The notes beneath the pieces were generated by a model. That model saw nothing but the letters and a program-made list of their open reading frames with translations. It was not told where the DNA came from and did no database searches. A DNA stretch of 64,000 bases from Hemiscyllium ocellatum (taxonomy: Eukaryota): positions 16,514,085 through 16,578,084 of the forward strand of contig NC_083419.1 of NCBI RefSeq assembly GCF_020745735.1, in the 5' to 3' direction. Of the stretch, positions 63,534 to 64,000 are shown in pieces. Every line of letters begins with the position of its first letter. The stretch's first letter is position 1. The translations under genes and the position numbers were made by a program.

Positions 63534-63667
63534 TAGTGATGACCTGTATAACTGGACCTTTCACTTGAGATTCTGAAACTCTGAATCCCATTCATTTATA
63601 ATAGGTTCCCATGATTGTAGAAGAAATAGAAGTGATTGAAACATAGAAATAGAAGTGATTGAAACAT

Positions 63668-64000
63668 TTCGTGTCATCGTGCGGATGACACGAAAGTCGG
63701 TGGAGTTTGCGGATGACACGAAAGTCGGTGGAGTTTGCGGATGACACGAAAGTCGGTGGAGTTTGCGGATGACACGAAAGTCGGTGGAGTTGTGGATAGT
63801 GAGGAAGGAAGTGGTAGGTTACAGCGGGATATAGATAAGTTGCAGAGCTGGGCGGAAATGTGGCAAATGGAATTCAATGTAGCTAAGTGCGAAGTCGTTC
63901 ACTTTGGTAGGAATAACAAGATGATGGATTACTGGGCTAATGGTAGGCTACTTGGTAGTGTGGATGAGCAGAGGGATCTTGGTGTCTATGTACACAGATC
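63668..64000 (+). mobile_element. Young CR1 LINE, 5'-truncated at the RT catalytic motif; runs off the window
   Basis: Open frame FADDTKVGGVVDSEEGSGRLQRDIDKLQSWAEMWQMEFNVAKCEVVHFGR...RDLGVYVHR. Confidence 0.9.
63681..63791 (+). repeat. Perfect 28-bp tandem repeat x4 (gcggatgacacgaaagtcggtggagttt)
   Basis: Units start at 63681, 63709, 63737 and 63765. Confidence 0.95.

Noticed and set aside
63535-63590. Box C (GTGATGA) and box D (CTGA) in polr3b intron 7 as a C/D snoRNA
   Set aside because: The boxes are only ~40-48 nt apart, box C is under 10 nt from the donor, and there is no convincing terminal stem or recognisable guide.
63681-63791. 28-bp direct repeats as a CRISPR array
   Set aside because: There are no spacers, and the unit is CR1 RT coding sequence.

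Overview
This is eukaryotic, repeat-rich vertebrate DNA, almost certainly from a shark. HE1-type V-SINEs with (TCTAA)n tails, CR1, Rex1/Babar and Penelope-like elements dominate. Three spliced genes were reconstructed by hand. (1) Exons 1-3 of NADH-cytochrome b5 reductase 3 (cyb5r3) on the - strand, running off the left edge. (2) A complete 7-exon, 291-aa XendoU-type uridylate-specific endoribonuclease (endou2-like) on the + strand, 13281-48523, head-to-head with cyb5r3 across a ~270-bp CCAAT/GC-box promoter. (3) Exons 1-7 of polr3b on the + strand, running off the right edge. Most ORFs in the supplied track are TE debris or noise. The strongest non-genic signal is a set of Penelope-like elements (Neptune-type and Poseidon-type) inserted as fold-back palindromes. 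Their termini carry minimal type I hammerhead ribozyme motifs. About ten short (140-255 bp) copies, most with 12-17 bp TSDs, fold back at or beside the ribozyme, and three long hairpins (0.8-2.1 kb) lie in the EndoU introns. Hammerheads in Penelope elements are known. The clustering of fold-back points at the ribozyme and the tandem sense-strand ribozyme pair inside the EndoU pre-mRNA are the leads most worth testing. Coordinates were counted by eye, TE boundaries are approximate, and protein comparisons are from memory, not from a database search.
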